Assembly (NCBI GenBank): GCA_051362555.1
Contig: CM120647.1
Coordinates: 10,106,001-10,170,000 of the forward strand
Source: Lingula anatina
Taxonomy: Eukaryota > Animalia > Brachiopoda
Length of the DNA stretch: 64,000 bases
Direction: 5' to 3'
Positions within the stretch are counted from its first letter, which is position 1, and each line of letters opens with the position of its first letter. The notes beneath the pieces are model-generated. The model ran no database searches, was not told the origin of the DNA, and saw nothing but the letters and a program-made list of their open reading frames with translations. The translations under genes were made by a program, and so were the position numbers. Shown here piece by piece: positions 62,502 to 64,000 of the stretch.

Positions 62502-64000
62502 AAACTTATTTGCAATATTTAACAAAATTTACCTGCATAATTATCACTGCTTCCTTATTATTAATCTAGCAGAGAGCTTTACCTTTGGGAGTTTACAGGG
62601 AAATATCAACAAGTGTGCTTTACGTAATCTCATTTAATGGCCTATTAAAGCAAATGACTTTATAACTCTGAAATTAATCTAGTGATACCCAAGGGTAATT
62701 TACAGACTGACCCACTCAAAGGTCTTCAGGCCCATAAGTCACACCTTAAGAAAAGCACAAAACCATAATGCCCAAAATAGGAGACTACCAATCCTGATGC
62801 AATAATACATTATGTTTAACTGCACAGTCAACATCAACTTATGCACAACAGGTAACACAGACGAAAGTAGAAGCATAAGGCTTCAGGCCCATCAGAGTTC
62901 AAGTTTATACTTAGAAAGTGCCAGAATGAGAAAAATGAAAATTTCACAAAAAATGCATAAATACAATAAACATGATAATCCAATAGAGCTGGTTTTCTCA
63001 TGAGCTGAAGGCCAATCCTAAAAATCGTACTTGTAAGTTTAAAATTATAATAAGTAGCACAGTTTTCTTTTCATAATGTTTGCAGTAGCAGTGCAAAAAG
63101 ATTGTCAATTTTGATGTAACAATACATAATAAATTAGAGAATAATTATCACCAATTTTTGTTTATTGACTATAAATAGGATGGACATGTAGAAAATATGA
63201 TTACCATTTGGCTTCATGTCCGTGGGAGCTCCGAGTCCCACAATGAATATGCCAAAAAAGATAATGAATATAACACTAAAATGTATAACCTCCAGAAAAA
63301 GAAGCCAATTAGACTGCTTTTCTAACTCAGGCTGCATTTTAGTCCTGTGTTTCTTTTTTGAAAGTTTGACAGTCATAAGTAACACGGTTTTTCCATAATG
63401 GTCATCAAGGCAGCAGCACCAAAAATTGTGTTTTCTTCTATTTTGATGCAACATTACATAATGCTTAACAGCATAATGACCATCGATTTTTAATAATAAA
63501 ATATAAGTGTCATGGATTTTCACAAAATGTGACTAGCACGGGTCTTCAAGCCCGTGGAGGTTCTAAGTCGCACCTTGGAAATGCCAATATGTGAAAAATT
63601 AAATTTTCACAAAAAACTGTTTAATTGCCAGAAAAATTTACCAAACAGACTGCATTGCATACTGAAGCTGTATTTTAGACCCATGTTTCTTTCCTGTAAG
63701 TTTGAGAACAGTAATTGACATGATTTTTGTTAAATGGTCATCATGGGAGCAGTGCCCAAAATAGGGGTTTCTTCAAATTTTGATGCAACATTACATAATG
63801 TTTAACAGCATAATGACCATCAATTTTTAATTATAAAATATTAGTATCACGGATATTCAGGAAATGTGACAAGCAAAGGTCTTCAGGTTCATGGAACTTC
63901 AAAGTCACACCTTGAAAATGCCAATAAGTGAAAAATTAAATTTTCACAAAAAACTGTTAAATTGCCAGAAAAATTTACCAAACAGACTGCATTGCCTACT
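61590..64000 (-). mobile_element. HINE family A copy 5 (long subfamily; runs off the window), includes a family C HINE at 62159-62395
   Basis: Left terminus AACAAGGCAGCAAAGCTGTCAAATGTACAGAC at 61590; colinear with copy 4. Confidence 0.85.

Overview
AT-rich eukaryotic DNA, probably from a marine invertebrate (this is inferred only from the TE families). It consists almost entirely of nested transposable elements, and no intact host gene, RNA gene or CRISPR array is visible. In order: (1) a full-length minus-strand BEL/Pao LTR element (1275-14909, TGTCA TSD), interrupted by a 4.1-kb insertion in the RT YVDD motif and by a Helentron-type (HINE) element in gag; (2) a second, degenerate BEL pol (15845-26680) carrying another HINE and an intact Mag-like Gypsy with identical 175-bp LTRs (20466-25428); (3) an RTEX-like LINE (about 26830-42946) split by an IS3EU-like MITE and a 10.6-kb HINE nest holding a one-LTR BEL fragment, an L2 LINE and hAT-like MITEs; (4) more HINEs, a TTAA MITE and a hAT-like element; (5) a young, internally deleted Gypsy (51171-58060) whose Gag starts with a ComEA-like helix-hairpin-helix domain and which carries an extra, apparently spliced zinc-finger ORF3; (6) Copia and Gypsy relics. 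The most interesting items are the HhH-Gag/ORF3 Gypsy, the 4.1-kb insertion whose joined ends form a lox-like arm/8-bp spacer/arm site, and a modular, uniformly oriented HINE family. All calls were made by eye without database searches.
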